In this document: positions 1 through 9,258 of the stretch, piece by piece
Numbering within the stretch: position 1 is the stretch's first letter
Layout of the letters: every line of letters starts with the position of its first letter
IMG/VR virus record: IMGVR_UViG_642973576_000001
Span: 4,953 to 68,952 of that record
Source: a virus
Lineage: Duplodnaviria; Caudoviricetes
Length of the DNA: 64,000 nucleotides
Direction: 5' to 3' (one strand)
Position numbers and translations under genes: made by a program
Notes under the pieces: model-generated
What the model was told of the DNA's origin: nothing
What the model saw: the letters and a program-made list of their open reading frames with translations, nothing else
Database searches by the model: none

Positions 1-1
1 C

Positions 2-1300
2 AGCGCGTTCTACAAGCGCGAAGGTGTCAAGCACAAGTTCTCGTCCAATAAGAAATGGGGACTTGTTCGCGCAGACGCGGTGTTCATGCTCGTCGGCGAT
101 CCGAACAAAAACCCGGGCGAACGGCTTTCGCTGCACGAGGTAGATCCGCGCCAGATTTTCGAAATCGATGATCCGGACCAGGTAGGCCGCATTCAGGGTT
201 ACTACATGGTCGAGCGCGTGCCGGATTGGCGCGAAGAGGACAAGAGTGGCAAAGAGGTCTGCCGTCGCACCAAGTGGTTACGTGAAAAGAACGAAGCCGG
301 TCAATACACCGGCAAGGTCATTCACGATGTCACGCACTGGGAAATCGGCAAGTGGGACGACCGCGTACTCAAAGCCGAAGACATGGAACAGGTTCCCGGT
401 GGAGAACGCGATTTGGAAGAGTCCTATCTTCCGGACCCGATTTCGCAGCCGCCGATCTACATTTGGAACACCGATGCTCCGCAGAACTCCACATGGGGCA
501 CAAGCCTTTTGAGCGGTCTCGAAACGCTAATCTTTGCGCTCAATCAGTCGATTACCGACGAAGATCTGTCGCTGATCATGCGCGGTTTGGGCATGTACGT
601 CACCAATGCCGCTCCCCCGGTCAATCCCGATTCCGGCGAAATCATGGATTGGAATGTCGGTCCTGGCCAGGTGATCGAGATTTCAGAGAACCAAGAGTTC
701 ACCAATGTGACTGGCGTGGATAGCGTTTCGCCATTCCAGGATCACATGAATTTCATGGACGACAAGGGTCTGCTCGAATCGTCGGGAACGCCTGCCGTGG
801 CCGTCGGCAAGGTGGATGTTGCCGTGGCCGAATCCGGCATTTCGCTGAAACTGCAATTGGACCCGCTTCTCGCCGCCAACGAGGATCGCGAGTTGCAGAT
901 GTACCTCACGATGGACCGGTTGCATCATGATCTGGTCAACATGTGGATTCCGGCCTATGAAGGCGTGCAGACCAACAACGCCGTCGTCTCAACGGTTTTC
1001 GGCGATCCCATGCCAGTCAACGAAAATCAGGTCATTCAGGACGTGGTGCTGCTGCGCACGTCGAATCTCATCCTGACCGAAATGGCCGTGGACAAGCTTT
1101 CGTCCATCGGCTGGAAATACCCGGCTGGCATGAGTGTGCAGGAAATCGTGGATGCGCTCGCACAGCAAGCCAGCGATGACGCGGCGGTGCTCAATTCCGG
1201 ATATGGCGTTGACGACGGCACTGGCGGGTTTAGCGAGGGCACCGACGAATTCGGCAATGAAGTCCCCGACACACAAACCGTCGATTTGGGAGTGACGTAA
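2..1300 (+). CDS. portal protein (5'-truncated by window edge)
   Basis: Frame is open from nt 2 through the listed 80..1300 ORF. Portal-like motifs (WGTSLLSGLETL, AESGISLKLQLDPLLA), acidic C-terminus, position before the head genes. Confidence 0.85.
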   Translation, partial: SAFYKREGVKHKFSSNKKWGLVRADAVFMLVGDPNKNPGERLSLHEVDPRQIFEIDDPDQVGRIQGYYMVERVPDWREEDKSGKEVCRRTKWLREKNEAGQYTGKVIHDVTHWEIGKWDDRVLKAEDMEQVPGGERDLEESYLPDPISQPPIYIWNTDAPQNSTWGTSLLSGLETLIFALNQSITDEDLSLIMRGLGMYVTNAAPPVNPDSGEIMDWNVGPGQVIEISENQEFTNVTGVDSVSPFQDHMNFMDDKGLLESSGTPAVAVGKVDVAVAESGISLKLQLDPLLAANEDRELQMYLTMDRLHHDLVNMWIPAYEGVQTNNAVVSTVFGDPMPVNENQVIQDVVLLRTSNLILTEMAVDKLSSIGWKYPAGMSVQEIVDALAQQASDDAAVLNSGYGVDDGTGGFSEGTDEFGNEVPDTQTVDLGVT

Positions 1301-1470
1301 TGGTGAGCTTCCGGCCTAAGCGGCGCAAGGTCTTTCGCGTACGCGCGCAGGCATTCGCAGGGAAACGGACCAGGATTGGGCTGGTCTCACCAGGGATTCG
1401 CAGGGCCAAGCGCCGTCGCGGCGAGAAGATTACGCCGACAACGACCGCACGCCCGACACCAGTGCTCTAG
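1300..1470 (+). CDS. small Arg/Lys-rich protein (56 aa, MVSFRPKRRKVFRVR...)
   Basis: ATG overlaps the portal stop (TAATG); too short for the ORF track; composition matches the neighbouring basic proteins. Confidence 0.65.
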   Translation: MVSFRPKRRKVFRVRAQAFAGKRTRIGLVSPGIRRAKRRRGEKITPTTTARPTPVL

Positions 1471-1501
1471 AGCGAAGGCAAAAGTATGATATGCTTTTGC
1501 G

Positions 1502-1963
1502 ATGGGGCATTATTCACGAAACTGTAAAGAGTGCGCAGATCCGTTTTCAACGGGAAATTTCTATCAACATTATTGCCCTGCTTGCAAGATTCCAGGGGCA
1601 AATGTTGCTTCTGTTAGAAAGTGTATTGCGTGCGAATCTGATTATGCACCAACCTCTTCGAGACAGAAAACGTGTTTTACCTGTACTCCCGATAAATCAT
1701 GGGTTGCTCGATACCGTAGATATGGGATTACCAAACCTGAATTTGATCGTCGTATGCAGGAACAGGGTGGGCTGTGCCCGCTGTGTCGAGTCCCCCTTGA
1801 ATTGGATCGCAACACGTGCGTGGACCATTGCCACGATTCCCTGCTAGTTCGGGGTATCCTATGCCGAGGATGCAACATGGTTGTCTCTCGGTTCGAAGAC
1901 CCCGACTACGTAGCGCGAGTGCGTGAGTATCTGGGAGAGAAGGTGATTTTGCACTGTGGCTAG
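1502..1963 (+). CDS. endonuclease VII-type (His-Me finger) nuclease, possibly a homing endonuclease
   Basis: YGIT..F....QGGLCPLC...VDHCH....VRGILCRGCN is the EndoVII signature; N-terminal CxxC repeats; AT-richer than flanks. Confidence 0.85.
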   Translation: MGHYSRNCKECADPFSTGNFYQHYCPACKIPGANVASVRKCIACESDYAPTSSRQKTCFTCTPDKSWVARYRRYGITKPEFDRRMQEQGGLCPLCRVPLELDRNTCVDHCHDSLLVRGILCRGCNMVVSRFEDPDYVARVREYLGEKVILHCG

Positions 1964-2163
1964 GAGAAAGAAACGCGGCACATATGCCGGTTACAAATCC
2001 AAGAAGCAGTGGCGATAGCTGGGCTTTCGCAAGCGGCCAGCCGTGGGCACGTGAAAAAGCGCACAAAACAAAGGGTGGGAAGAAAGTAAGATACCGCCGA
2101 CTTCCGGAAAGCAAGCATTCCGGCAAGAAAGGCGGCGGTCGCGTCAGAGCCAGATCGCGGTAG
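1956..2163 (+). pseudogene. small basic protein gene interrupted by a TAG and +1 frame change
   Basis: GTG GCT AGG...AAG CAG TGG CGA TAG stops at 2016-2018. The +1 frame from 2020 continues WAFASGQPWAREKAHKTKGGKKVRYRRLP to TAG 2161-2163. Confidence 0.6.
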
Positions 2164-2171
2164 GAGACAAA

Positions 2172-2357
2172 GTGATTGCAGCGCGGAAGCCGCGAAAGAA
2201 ACGGCGCAAAGCAGGCACCGGACAGTCCAAACCGCTGACTCCACGGCAGCAAGCTGCACTCAAAATCGCCATTCGGGCAGCGGCGAGAGCGAGAAAACTT
2301 CGAGCCGGAACAGGTTCGGTTACGAGGAAACGTCGTCGGCGTAGAAAGGCCCGGTAA
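2172..2357 (+). CDS. small Arg/Lys-rich protein
   Basis: GGAG upstream; stop overlaps the next start (TAATG); highly basic. Confidence 0.7.
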   Translation: MIAARKPRKKRRKAGTGQSKPLTPRQQAALKIAIRAAARARKLRAGTGSVTRKRRRRRKAR

Positions 2358-2689
2358 TGGCGTACAAATTCACTGCTCGTCGTCGCACTGCTTTGAAAAA
2401 GGCAGCGCTTGCTTCGGCCCGGAAACGTCGGAAGTCGAAGGCTTCACGCTCCCGTCGAACCGGCACGGTGACCCTCGGCACTCGAAAGCACGCAGTTTAT
2501 GACAGCCGACGAAATAAGCGCCGTCGTGTCGCAACACGGGCAGCCGGAGCGGCAATCGGGACGGCAGTGGGCGGTCCCGGCATCGGGACGGCAATTGGTC
2601 TGATTGCCGCTGAAGGCCGGATCAACAAAAAGGGCTACAACCGGAAGCTGAAGCCGGTCAAAAAGCGCGTTCGTGCAAAGGCCCGGTAA
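2357..2689 (+). CDS. Arg/Lys-rich protein with Gly/Ala zipper segment
   Basis: Translationally coupled at both ends; highly basic. Confidence 0.75.
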   Translation: MAYKFTARRRTALKKAALASARKRRKSKASRSRRTGTVTLGTRKHAVYDSRRNKRRRVATRAAGAAIGTAVGGPGIGTAIGLIAAEGRINKKGYNRKLKPVKKRVRAKAR

Positions 2690-2985
2690 TGGCGCGCGCA
2701 CGCTCTGCCGCACAAAAGGCCGCACAGCTCAAAGCGGCGAAAGCCAGTGCAGCCAAGCGCCGGAAGAACCGCAAGATTGATCGCAAAATCAGTCGGGTTA
2801 ATTCTCGCACGAAGCGCAAAGTGACGAAACAGGCTCGTAAGGTTCAGCGCAACACCTACACCCATGCCACGCGTGGTGGCGTTTACCTGAATGGCCGTGG
2901 CGTCAAGGCGTATCGAAAAGGCGTGAAAGCGCACAACAAGGGCCAGCGCAAGATTCAGAAGCTGAAAGCGAAGAAGCGGCGATGA
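2689..2985 (+). CDS. Arg/Lys-rich protein
   Basis: Coupled TAATG start and ATGA overlap with the next gene. Confidence 0.75.
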   Translation: MARARSAAQKAAQLKAAKASAAKRRKNRKIDRKISRVNSRTKRKVTKQARKVQRNTYTHATRGGVYLNGRGVKAYRKGVKAHNKGQRKIQKLKAKKRR

Positions 2986-3755
2986 GTTTCAATCCGCGAC
3001 AACCTCGCGACCGGTTTGGTCGATGGGCGCGAAAAGGCAGCGTTCGCACTATCGCCAAAGCCGCCGTTATCGGCGGTCTTTCCGGAGGCCCCGGAGGCGC
3101 AGCAGCAGCAGCCGGTACCGCAGCGGGCAAACTCGCCGTTCGCGGCGCGAAAACCGCTGCCGTCAAACAGGTCCGAGCGCGCAAGGTGACCCGCCACGCG
3201 CGAACGAAAATGCCAGGCGTGGACTACAAGCCGAATCCTGGCACTCCCATCGGCAATCGCAAAACACGCGGTGTCGGTGTGAGCGGACTGAAGAAAAACA
3301 CCGTTCCCTACGTTCGCGCCAATAAGCGGTCTCAGACGGTTGGCGTGAACGCGGGAACGATCATCCCCGGCACGAAGAAACGCATCGTGGTCGGTGGATA
3401 TGCGCGTATTGAATCCACCACAAAAGAGACTGCGGTGGATCGTGCGATCAACGCCAAAATCGGCGTTGTGGCACCGGGAGGGAGTCGTCGTGGCAAGGTG
3501 GCCGGGTACCTACGCAAAAACCTCGATGTTAAAAACCCCGCCGTTCGAGCGGCTGTCGGTGGCGCACAGGTTCGGCTTGGTACTTCTCGCGGAGCCGGTC
3601 CTACGGTTATTGTTCGACGCGGGAAACACCGTATCGCGCAATCGAAATCGAAAGCGGGCGTCCAGAAGTACGACTCGCGTATGAAGACGATTGCCGGTCA
3701 GCGTGCGAAAAAGCCTCGGCCACAACGGCGCAAGGCAGCTCGTAGGAGAAAGTAA
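2982..3755 (+). CDS. basic protein with N-terminal FNPRQPRDRFGRW motif
   Basis: 257-aa coupled ORF in the head region. Confidence 0.8.
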   Translation: MSFNPRQPRDRFGRWARKGSVRTIAKAAVIGGLSGGPGGAAAAAGTAAGKLAVRGAKTAAVKQVRARKVTRHARTKMPGVDYKPNPGTPIGNRKTRGVGVSGLKKNTVPYVRANKRSQTVGVNAGTIIPGTKKRIVVGGYARIESTTKETAVDRAINAKIGVVAPGGSRRGKVAGYLRKNLDVKNPAVRAAVGGAQVRLGTSRGAGPTVIVRRGKHRIAQSKSKAGVQKYDSRMKTIAGQRAKKPRPQRRKAARRRK

Positions 3756-3758
3756 GAA

Positions 3759-4217
3759 ATGAATATCCGGACAGTTTCACCCGAAAGCCCGTTTCACCCT
3801 GCACATCGCGACCACTCCATCTCGCTCGGAGGCCGCAGGGTGGAACGGGTGGACGATCCAAAATTACAGCTTTGTGATTTCGTACGCAAACAACTCCTTG
3901 CCATCGCGACTAAATCGAAAAATGAAGTCTGTGGGCTAATCTCAGTCGGTGACGATGCAACTAGTCAGCAAATCGATTTCGTCACAAACGTTCACGAGTT
4001 CCCAAGGGACAACTTCTATTTCGATCAGGACGAGTTCCGGCAGCTAATCGCAGACCTATGCCGGAACGACCGGCGCATCGTCGGCATGTTTCATAGCCAC
4101 CCTAACGGAGTGCCGTGGCCCTCCCCGCGTGATATCGTCGGTTGGCCCAATCCGGCCCTGAAGTGGCGTTATTGGGTGATTACCCCGACCGATGTCATCG
4201 AGTGGAGGCTAGTGTGA
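3759..4217 (+). CDS. JAB/MPN+ (JAMM) metalloprotease
   Basis: Complete JAMM motif: E(VCGLI)...HSHP-x5-PS-x2-D (NEVCGLI / FHSHPNGVPWPSPRD). Confidence 0.9.
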   Translation: MNIRTVSPESPFHPAHRDHSISLGGRRVERVDDPKLQLCDFVRKQLLAIATKSKNEVCGLISVGDDATSQQIDFVTNVHEFPRDNFYFDQDEFRQLIADLCRNDRRIVGMFHSHPNGVPWPSPRDIVGWPNPALKWRYWVITPTDVIEWRLV

Positions 4218-5134
4218 CTAGCCCCCGGCCTCTTAACACGGGCGAAAATATCGACGTTCTGCGCCGACGGTGGCTAGACCGGTATTTGGCGATTCAGGCG
4301 CGTTCGGATACGCGCGTTCGCACGGTTCTCTTGCAGGGCGCAGAAGACGCACGTAACAAACTCATTCGCCTCGAAGACAATTCGACGTTTTCGGCTGGTG
4401 TACGCGCAGCACAGATCAAGCTCACAATGGAGATCGTGCGCGAGGTACACGCACAGATCTTCAAGGAAATGATTCCCATCATTAAGGACGGATATGGAAG
4501 AGCAGCAAGCGCAGCCGTTGACGCATACACCGAAACCGACGTTCGCTATCTCCGGGCAGCATTTCGTTCTGTCGGAACAGACCGCAGCGTGGATTCGTTC
4601 GTTAGCGGACAGAGAAAGCAGGCACAGCTATCAGTCGCCCATGCCATCTCACGGGTCACCGGTAGTGACATCCCCCTATCTCGACGGGTCTACCGCTCTC
4701 GAAGTCTCGCAAACGGATGGGTTCAGAGACTTGTCACTTCTGCCATCATGCGAGGGGATAGCGCAAAAGATATTGCGGAGGCCGTTCGTAGACACATTTT
4801 ACCAAGCACGCCGGGTGGAACCGCTTACGCTGCAATGCGACTGGGACGGACAGAAATCAACAACGCCTTCCACGTCACGACCCTCGAACTTTCAAAAGAT
4901 CGTCCGTGGGTTGAAAGCAATCGCTGGAATTTGTCGAAAACGCACGAGCCGCAGAATTGCCGCTGCGAGAGGTACGCGCAAATAGGTCTGTTTCCGGTGG
5001 AAAATACTCCGGCCAAACCGCACCCGCAATGTCGGTGCTTTGTAACACCGGAGCTAGAACCGTATGAGAGCTTTGCAGCAAACCTTAAGGCAGGTTACTA
5101 TCGTGACTGGCAATCAAGACACGCCGCAGCATAA
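4214..5134 (+). CDS. MuF-like (SPP1 gp7-like) minor head protein
   Basis: RLGRTE..NAF and C-terminal PHPQCRC motifs; GTG start overlaps the previous stop. Confidence 0.8.
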   Translation: MTSPRPLNTGENIDVLRRRWLDRYLAIQARSDTRVRTVLLQGAEDARNKLIRLEDNSTFSAGVRAAQIKLTMEIVREVHAQIFKEMIPIIKDGYGRAASAAVDAYTETDVRYLRAAFRSVGTDRSVDSFVSGQRKQAQLSVAHAISRVTGSDIPLSRRVYRSRSLANGWVQRLVTSAIMRGDSAKDIAEAVRRHILPSTPGGTAYAAMRLGRTEINNAFHVTTLELSKDRPWVESNRWNLSKTHEPQNCRCERYAQIGLFPVENTPAKPHPQCRCFVTPELEPYESFAANLKAGYYRDWQSRHAAA

Positions 5135-5159
5135 TTCACGGACACCGGAAGGCACCGAA

Positions 5160-5924
5160 ATGAAGAGCGTTTTCTCCCCCGTTCTGGCCGGAATGGATAT
5201 GGCGCAGAAGCAGAACTACCTCAAGATCACGTCGGCGTGGCCGATCTTCGGCGGGGAAGACAACAAGCCCGACGATCAGGGCGACAACGGTACGCAGTCC
5301 GGAAACGCCTCTGGCGGGTCTTCCGGCGACGGCAAGGACGACAAAAAGGACGATCCGATTGTCAAGCTGCAATCCGATCCGAACGCGTTGGCGCAGTTGC
5401 TCTCCCAGACCGAGACTCTGGCGAATCAGGTTCAGCAGCTCACCACCGAGAATGCCGATTTCAAGCAGAGGCAGGAACAAGCCGAAGCTGCACAACGGTC
5501 CAAGGAAGAGAATCAGGAAATCGAGATCAACAACCTGAAGGCGCAGTTGGAGAATGTGACGAACATTCTCCAGCAGAAGGTGATCGAGAATGCGATTGCC
5601 AATCACGCCAAGCACCAGTGGAATTCGGTGCGTCAGGTCAAGGGCGAGCTGGACATGTCCAAGCTGAAAGTGAATTTGGATATCGACAAGGGAATCGCCG
5701 AAATCGACGGAATCGACGCAGAGTTGGATCGCATCGCAACGTCTTCGCCGTGGTTGGTCAAGGCGGCAGAACAGCAGCCGCCGAATCCGCAGCAGCCGCA
5801 GCAGCGCCAGCGGACCAGCGGAGGCGCGCCGCGTCCCCCGGCTCCCCCGGCTGACAAGGCCAGCAAGCGCGCCCTGGCGATGAAGAAGTTCCCGGTGCTG
5901 GCCACCGGTGTCCCGCCGCAGTAG
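5160..5924 (+). CDS. capsid scaffolding protein
   Basis: Acidic/Gly N-terminal region, coiled-coil middle, Pro-rich then helical C-terminus; upstream of capsid genes; ATG 5160 after GGAAGG. Confidence 0.8.
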   Translation: MKSVFSPVLAGMDMAQKQNYLKITSAWPIFGGEDNKPDDQGDNGTQSGNASGGSSGDGKDDKKDDPIVKLQSDPNALAQLLSQTETLANQVQQLTTENADFKQRQEQAEAAQRSKEENQEIEINNLKAQLENVTNILQQKVIENAIANHAKHQWNSVRQVKGELDMSKLKVNLDIDKGIAEIDGIDAELDRIATSSPWLVKAAEQQPPNPQQPQQRQRTSGGAPRPPAPPADKASKRALAMKKFPVLATGVPPQ

Positions 5925-6027
5925 ATCTGGACGAAACACGCTGCAAAACGCAGGCGTTTCGAGACAGGTATTCAATCCTCGCGGTGTTACGATTAGCCGC
6001 GAACCAAGCCCCTAATGGAGGACGGAA

Positions 6028-6534
6028 ATGGCACTCGCGACGAAGCCCCGTTTCGAAAAGAGCAATCCCTACGGCGGCACTTTCGTTGCGCCGCTGGCCG
6101 TTGATCTGGTCGAAGCCGACCACGGCAATCAGGTGGTCGGCGTCGGCCTGAATTCCTCGGGCCAGGTCGTGATTGGCGCGGGCCAGACTGGCGTGATCGG
6201 CGTCATTCTTCCCGTCGTCGGTTCGAACATTCTGACCGGTGCGCTTCTCGACGCCTACTCCGCAGGCGACGTGATCGACGTGATGGTCCAGGGCGAGATC
6301 ATCAACTACAAGTTCGCCAACGGGAACACTCCCACTGCGGGAACGCTGATCTACTCGAATTCGTCCGGCGTGCTTTCGGCGACCTACGCGGCAGGTTCGA
6401 CCCTGATCGGCTGGACCATCGAAGCGCCTTCGGCAGACGGCGCACGCCTGTTCGTCAACGTGATCCGCGATACCGGCGCTCTGGCCGCAATCGCCGCCCT
6501 CGACGCGCGCGTGGTCGCGCTCGAAGAGGCGTAG
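6028..6534 (+). CDS. capsid decoration / minor capsid protein
   Basis: Strong RBS GGAGG; small Gly/Val beta-rich protein between scaffold and major capsid; C-terminal coiled-coil. Confidence 0.6.
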   Translation: MALATKPRFEKSNPYGGTFVAPLAVDLVEADHGNQVVGVGLNSSGQVVIGAGQTGVIGVILPVVGSNILTGALLDAYSAGDVIDVMVQGEIINYKFANGNTPTAGTLIYSNSSGVLSATYAAGSTLIGWTIEAPSADGARLFVNVIRDTGALAAIAALDARVVALEEA

Positions 6535-6575
6535 TCCGGAACAACGACCCCGAAAAACTGAGAGAAACGAAGGGA

Positions 6576-7808
6576 ATGCCGAATATGTTGGCATATCAGG
6601 AATTCGCCGGAATGCCGATGATCGACGGCATCCCTGTCTTTCCGATTTTCGGCGGGACGCAGCCGGTTCACCAGGGCGGCTACGCGACATCCGGAGATCT
6701 GGTCACCCACACCGCCGACGGTGTGGACCTCAACGACCTCTGGGACATCGCTTCGCTCGCGCTGGAGATGTACGCGGAGCAGCAGCAGACGTTGATCGAC
6801 CTGCTCACGTTCCCCGTCGAAACCCCGGTGGAAGTCGTTCCGCAGATCGGCGAAATCAGCTTCGATGAGCTGACCGAATTCGGCATCCCGACCACTGCGC
6901 AGCAGCAGGTCGAGATGTGGTCGATGGGCTACGATTTGCGGCACTACGGCAAGCGTCTCGGCTACACGTGGATGTTCCTCGCGGACGCCGATTCTCGCCA
7001 GATCGAAGCGATGCACAACGGCATGCTTCTCGCAGATCGTCGGTTGGTCTTCCGCAAGATCATGGAAGCGCTGTTCGACAACCGAATCCGTCGAACCAAC
7101 ATCCGCAATCAGCCGTACAACGTGTTCCCGCTGTACAACGGCGTCGATGTCGGAATCGTCCCGCCGCCGTACAAGGGCAACACCTTCACCGCCGATCACA
7201 ACCACTATTTGACGACCGGCAACAGCGTTGTCGATTCGTCGGACGTGGAGGATCTGTACACTCTGATCGCCGAACACGGTTACGGCATCGAGACCGGGGC
7301 GACGTTCTACCTGCTCGCGAACAAGACCGAAACGGACAAGATCCGTGGCTGGCGTCGCGGCGCGGTTTCGGCGAACGGCATCAACGCGACGTACGACTTC
7401 ATCCCCGCTGCGAATCAGCCCGCAATGATCCTGCCGAACGCGGAGGGTCTGCTTGGCTCGCTTCCGCCGTCGTCGTATCGCGGCATGCGGGTGATCGGCT
7501 CGTACGGCGACATCCTCATCATCGAGGAATCGTTCATTCCTCCGGGCTACATGCTCATGGTCGCTTCCGGCGGCGCGGGCAATCTCGGCAACCCGGTTGG
7601 TTTCCGCCAGCACGCCAACCCCGCCATGCAGGGTCTGCGCATGCTTCCCGGAAATCAGCAGCGATTCCCGCTCGTGGATTCGTTCTACGCGCACTCGTTC
7701 GGCACCGGTATCCGTCAGCGGGGCGGCGCGGCCATCATGCAGGTCACGACCGAATCGACCTACGCCATCCCGAACGGGTACAAGAAGGGCACCGGCCTTC
7801 TCGCCTGA
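6576..7808 (+). CDS. major capsid protein
   Basis: 410 aa, strong codon bias, synteny, C-terminal FGTGIRQRGGAAIMQ segment typical of actinophage HK97-fold capsids. Confidence 0.85.
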   Translation: MPNMLAYQEFAGMPMIDGIPVFPIFGGTQPVHQGGYATSGDLVTHTADGVDLNDLWDIASLALEMYAEQQQTLIDLLTFPVETPVEVVPQIGEISFDELTEFGIPTTAQQQVEMWSMGYDLRHYGKRLGYTWMFLADADSRQIEAMHNGMLLADRRLVFRKIMEALFDNRIRRTNIRNQPYNVFPLYNGVDVGIVPPPYKGNTFTADHNHYLTTGNSVVDSSDVEDLYTLIAEHGYGIETGATFYLLANKTETDKIRGWRRGAVSANGINATYDFIPAANQPAMILPNAEGLLGSLPPSSYRGMRVIGSYGDILIIEESFIPPGYMLMVASGGAGNLGNPVGFRQHANPAMQGLRMLPGNQQRFPLVDSFYAHSFGTGIRQRGGAAIMQVTTESTYAIPNGYKKGTGLLA

Positions 7809-7877
7809 TAAGCTGACCGGAGGTTCGGGCGGCGCATGTGAACGCCCGAATCTCCGGACACAAGAAAGGATTTCAGA

Positions 7878-8489
7878 ATGGGCCGGTACATTGACCCGAA
7901 TCAGCCGTACACCGACGAGGACAAAAAGTATCTCCGTTCTCGCGGTCGCGGTGCCGAGATCATCGAGAACGAACGGCGTTTCGGCGAAGACGGTAAGAAA
8001 GAGCCGGATGAGCTTGAGCGCGCCGGATACGATCCGGAGTCCGCGAGTTTCGACGGCGACGACCGCGACGAGGCGACCTACGATGTCGGTGGCGCTCCGC
8101 TGCCCGGTACGGTGCTCGACACCGACACTGGCCGCGTGATTCCGCTGTCGGATCGCAGCGACACCGGAGTGTTCGAGTACGTCGATCCGAACACCGGCGA
8201 AGTGGTCGAAGATCCTGATGCGTTCGATGAGGATATCATCGAATTCGTGGAGGGTCTGCCGAACGTCGATTCGGTGAAGGCCAAGCTCAAGGAAGTTGAC
8301 CCGAACGCCGAGACGAGCGGTTTGTCGAAGCGGCGCGAGTGGGACGACGCTCTGATCATCGCTTTGCAGGATCAGCGCAACGAGCAGCGTCGGCAGGGAC
8401 ACGCCGTGCAGCCAACGGAGGACGATTTCATCGATCCGGCCAATGGCGACGAGTTCGACGGCGAGACCAGCGGCGACGACGAGAACTAG
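7878..8489 (+). CDS. acidic hypothetical protein of the head/neck module
   Basis: RBS AGAAAGGA; 203-aa ORF with strong codon bias. Confidence 0.75.
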   Translation: MGRYIDPNQPYTDEDKKYLRSRGRGAEIIENERRFGEDGKKEPDELERAGYDPESASFDGDDRDEATYDVGGAPLPGTVLDTDTGRVIPLSDRSDTGVFEYVDPNTGEVVEDPDAFDEDIIEFVEGLPNVDSVKAKLKEVDPNAETSGLSKRREWDDALIIALQDQRNEQRRQGHAVQPTEDDFIDPANGDEFDGETSGDDEN

Positions 8490-8495
8490 GGGGCG

Positions 8496-8873
8496 GTGGC
8501 CGTGGCCGACGACGCTGCGGTTGCCGCAGTTCTCAATCAACTCCCCGACGAAGCTGACGTTTTCGGCGTAGACGCCGATTACGTTGGAATCCTGCTAGAT
8601 TCCGGCTTGACCGAAACCAAGGTCATTCTGTCGGCGTGGCGTGCGATTGCCGCCAAATCGTCAACGATGACGAACGTCTCAGAATCGGGTTCAAGTCGGG
8701 ATCTTAGCAGCATTTTCGACAATGCGCGCCAGATGATTGACGTGTGGCAGGCGCGCGCCGACGCCGAAGACAAAGAGCTGATCACTGACAACGGCAAGGC
8801 GCGCGCCCGCGTCCATACTGCGCGTAGGGCAGAACAGCGAGGATTGGCATTCCCAGACTCTTTGAGGGGTTAG
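8496..8873 (+). CDS. head-to-tail adaptor (putative)
   Basis: Size, synteny, VSESGSSR..S motif. Confidence 0.6.
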   Translation: MAVADDAAVAAVLNQLPDEADVFGVDADYVGILLDSGLTETKVILSAWRAIAAKSSTMTNVSESGSSRDLSSIFDNARQMIDVWQARADAEDKELITDNGKARARVHTARRAEQRGLAFPDSLRG

Positions 8874-8874
8874 C

Positions 8875-9258
8875 ATGGGAGCGTCAGACTTCGAACTCCG
8901 AATCAATCGCAAGTTGACCGATTGGTTCATTTCGCGAGATCCGTCCGAGATCACGCTTCAAACGCGCATCAAGCAGAATCGCCCTGGCGGGTCTCACCGT
9001 TGGATGGCCGGTCCGTCGCGTTTGCCGCAATCGTTCAAAATCATTTACCCCGGTGGCGACGGAATCGTCATTACCGCCGAGGGCAAGACGCGACGATTTG
9101 ACTTTATCATCGTCGGCTCCTATGACGCCGATCTTGCGATTGACGATTTCTGGGTCGAAGGTGATCAGAAATACGTGATCGAATACCTCTTTCCGTACAA
9201 TGGCTACGAAGTCAAAGGCGGTGGGGTAACGCACGGATCGGAGCCGAATCATGGCTAG
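8875..9258 (+). CDS. head-to-tail stopper (putative)
   Basis: Size, synteny, beta-rich DLAIDD.W...KY.I segment. Confidence 0.6.
   Translation: MGASDFELRINRKLTDWFISRDPSEITLQTRIKQNRPGGSHRWMAGPSRLPQSFKIIYPGGDGIVITAEGKTRRFDFIIVGSYDADLAIDDFWVEGDQKYVIEYLFPYNGYEVKGGGVTHGSEPNHG

Noticed and set aside
6028-6085. NPYGG in the decoration protein as a third JAMM site
   Set aside because: Only partly matches PIFGG and may be structural; too weak to claim.
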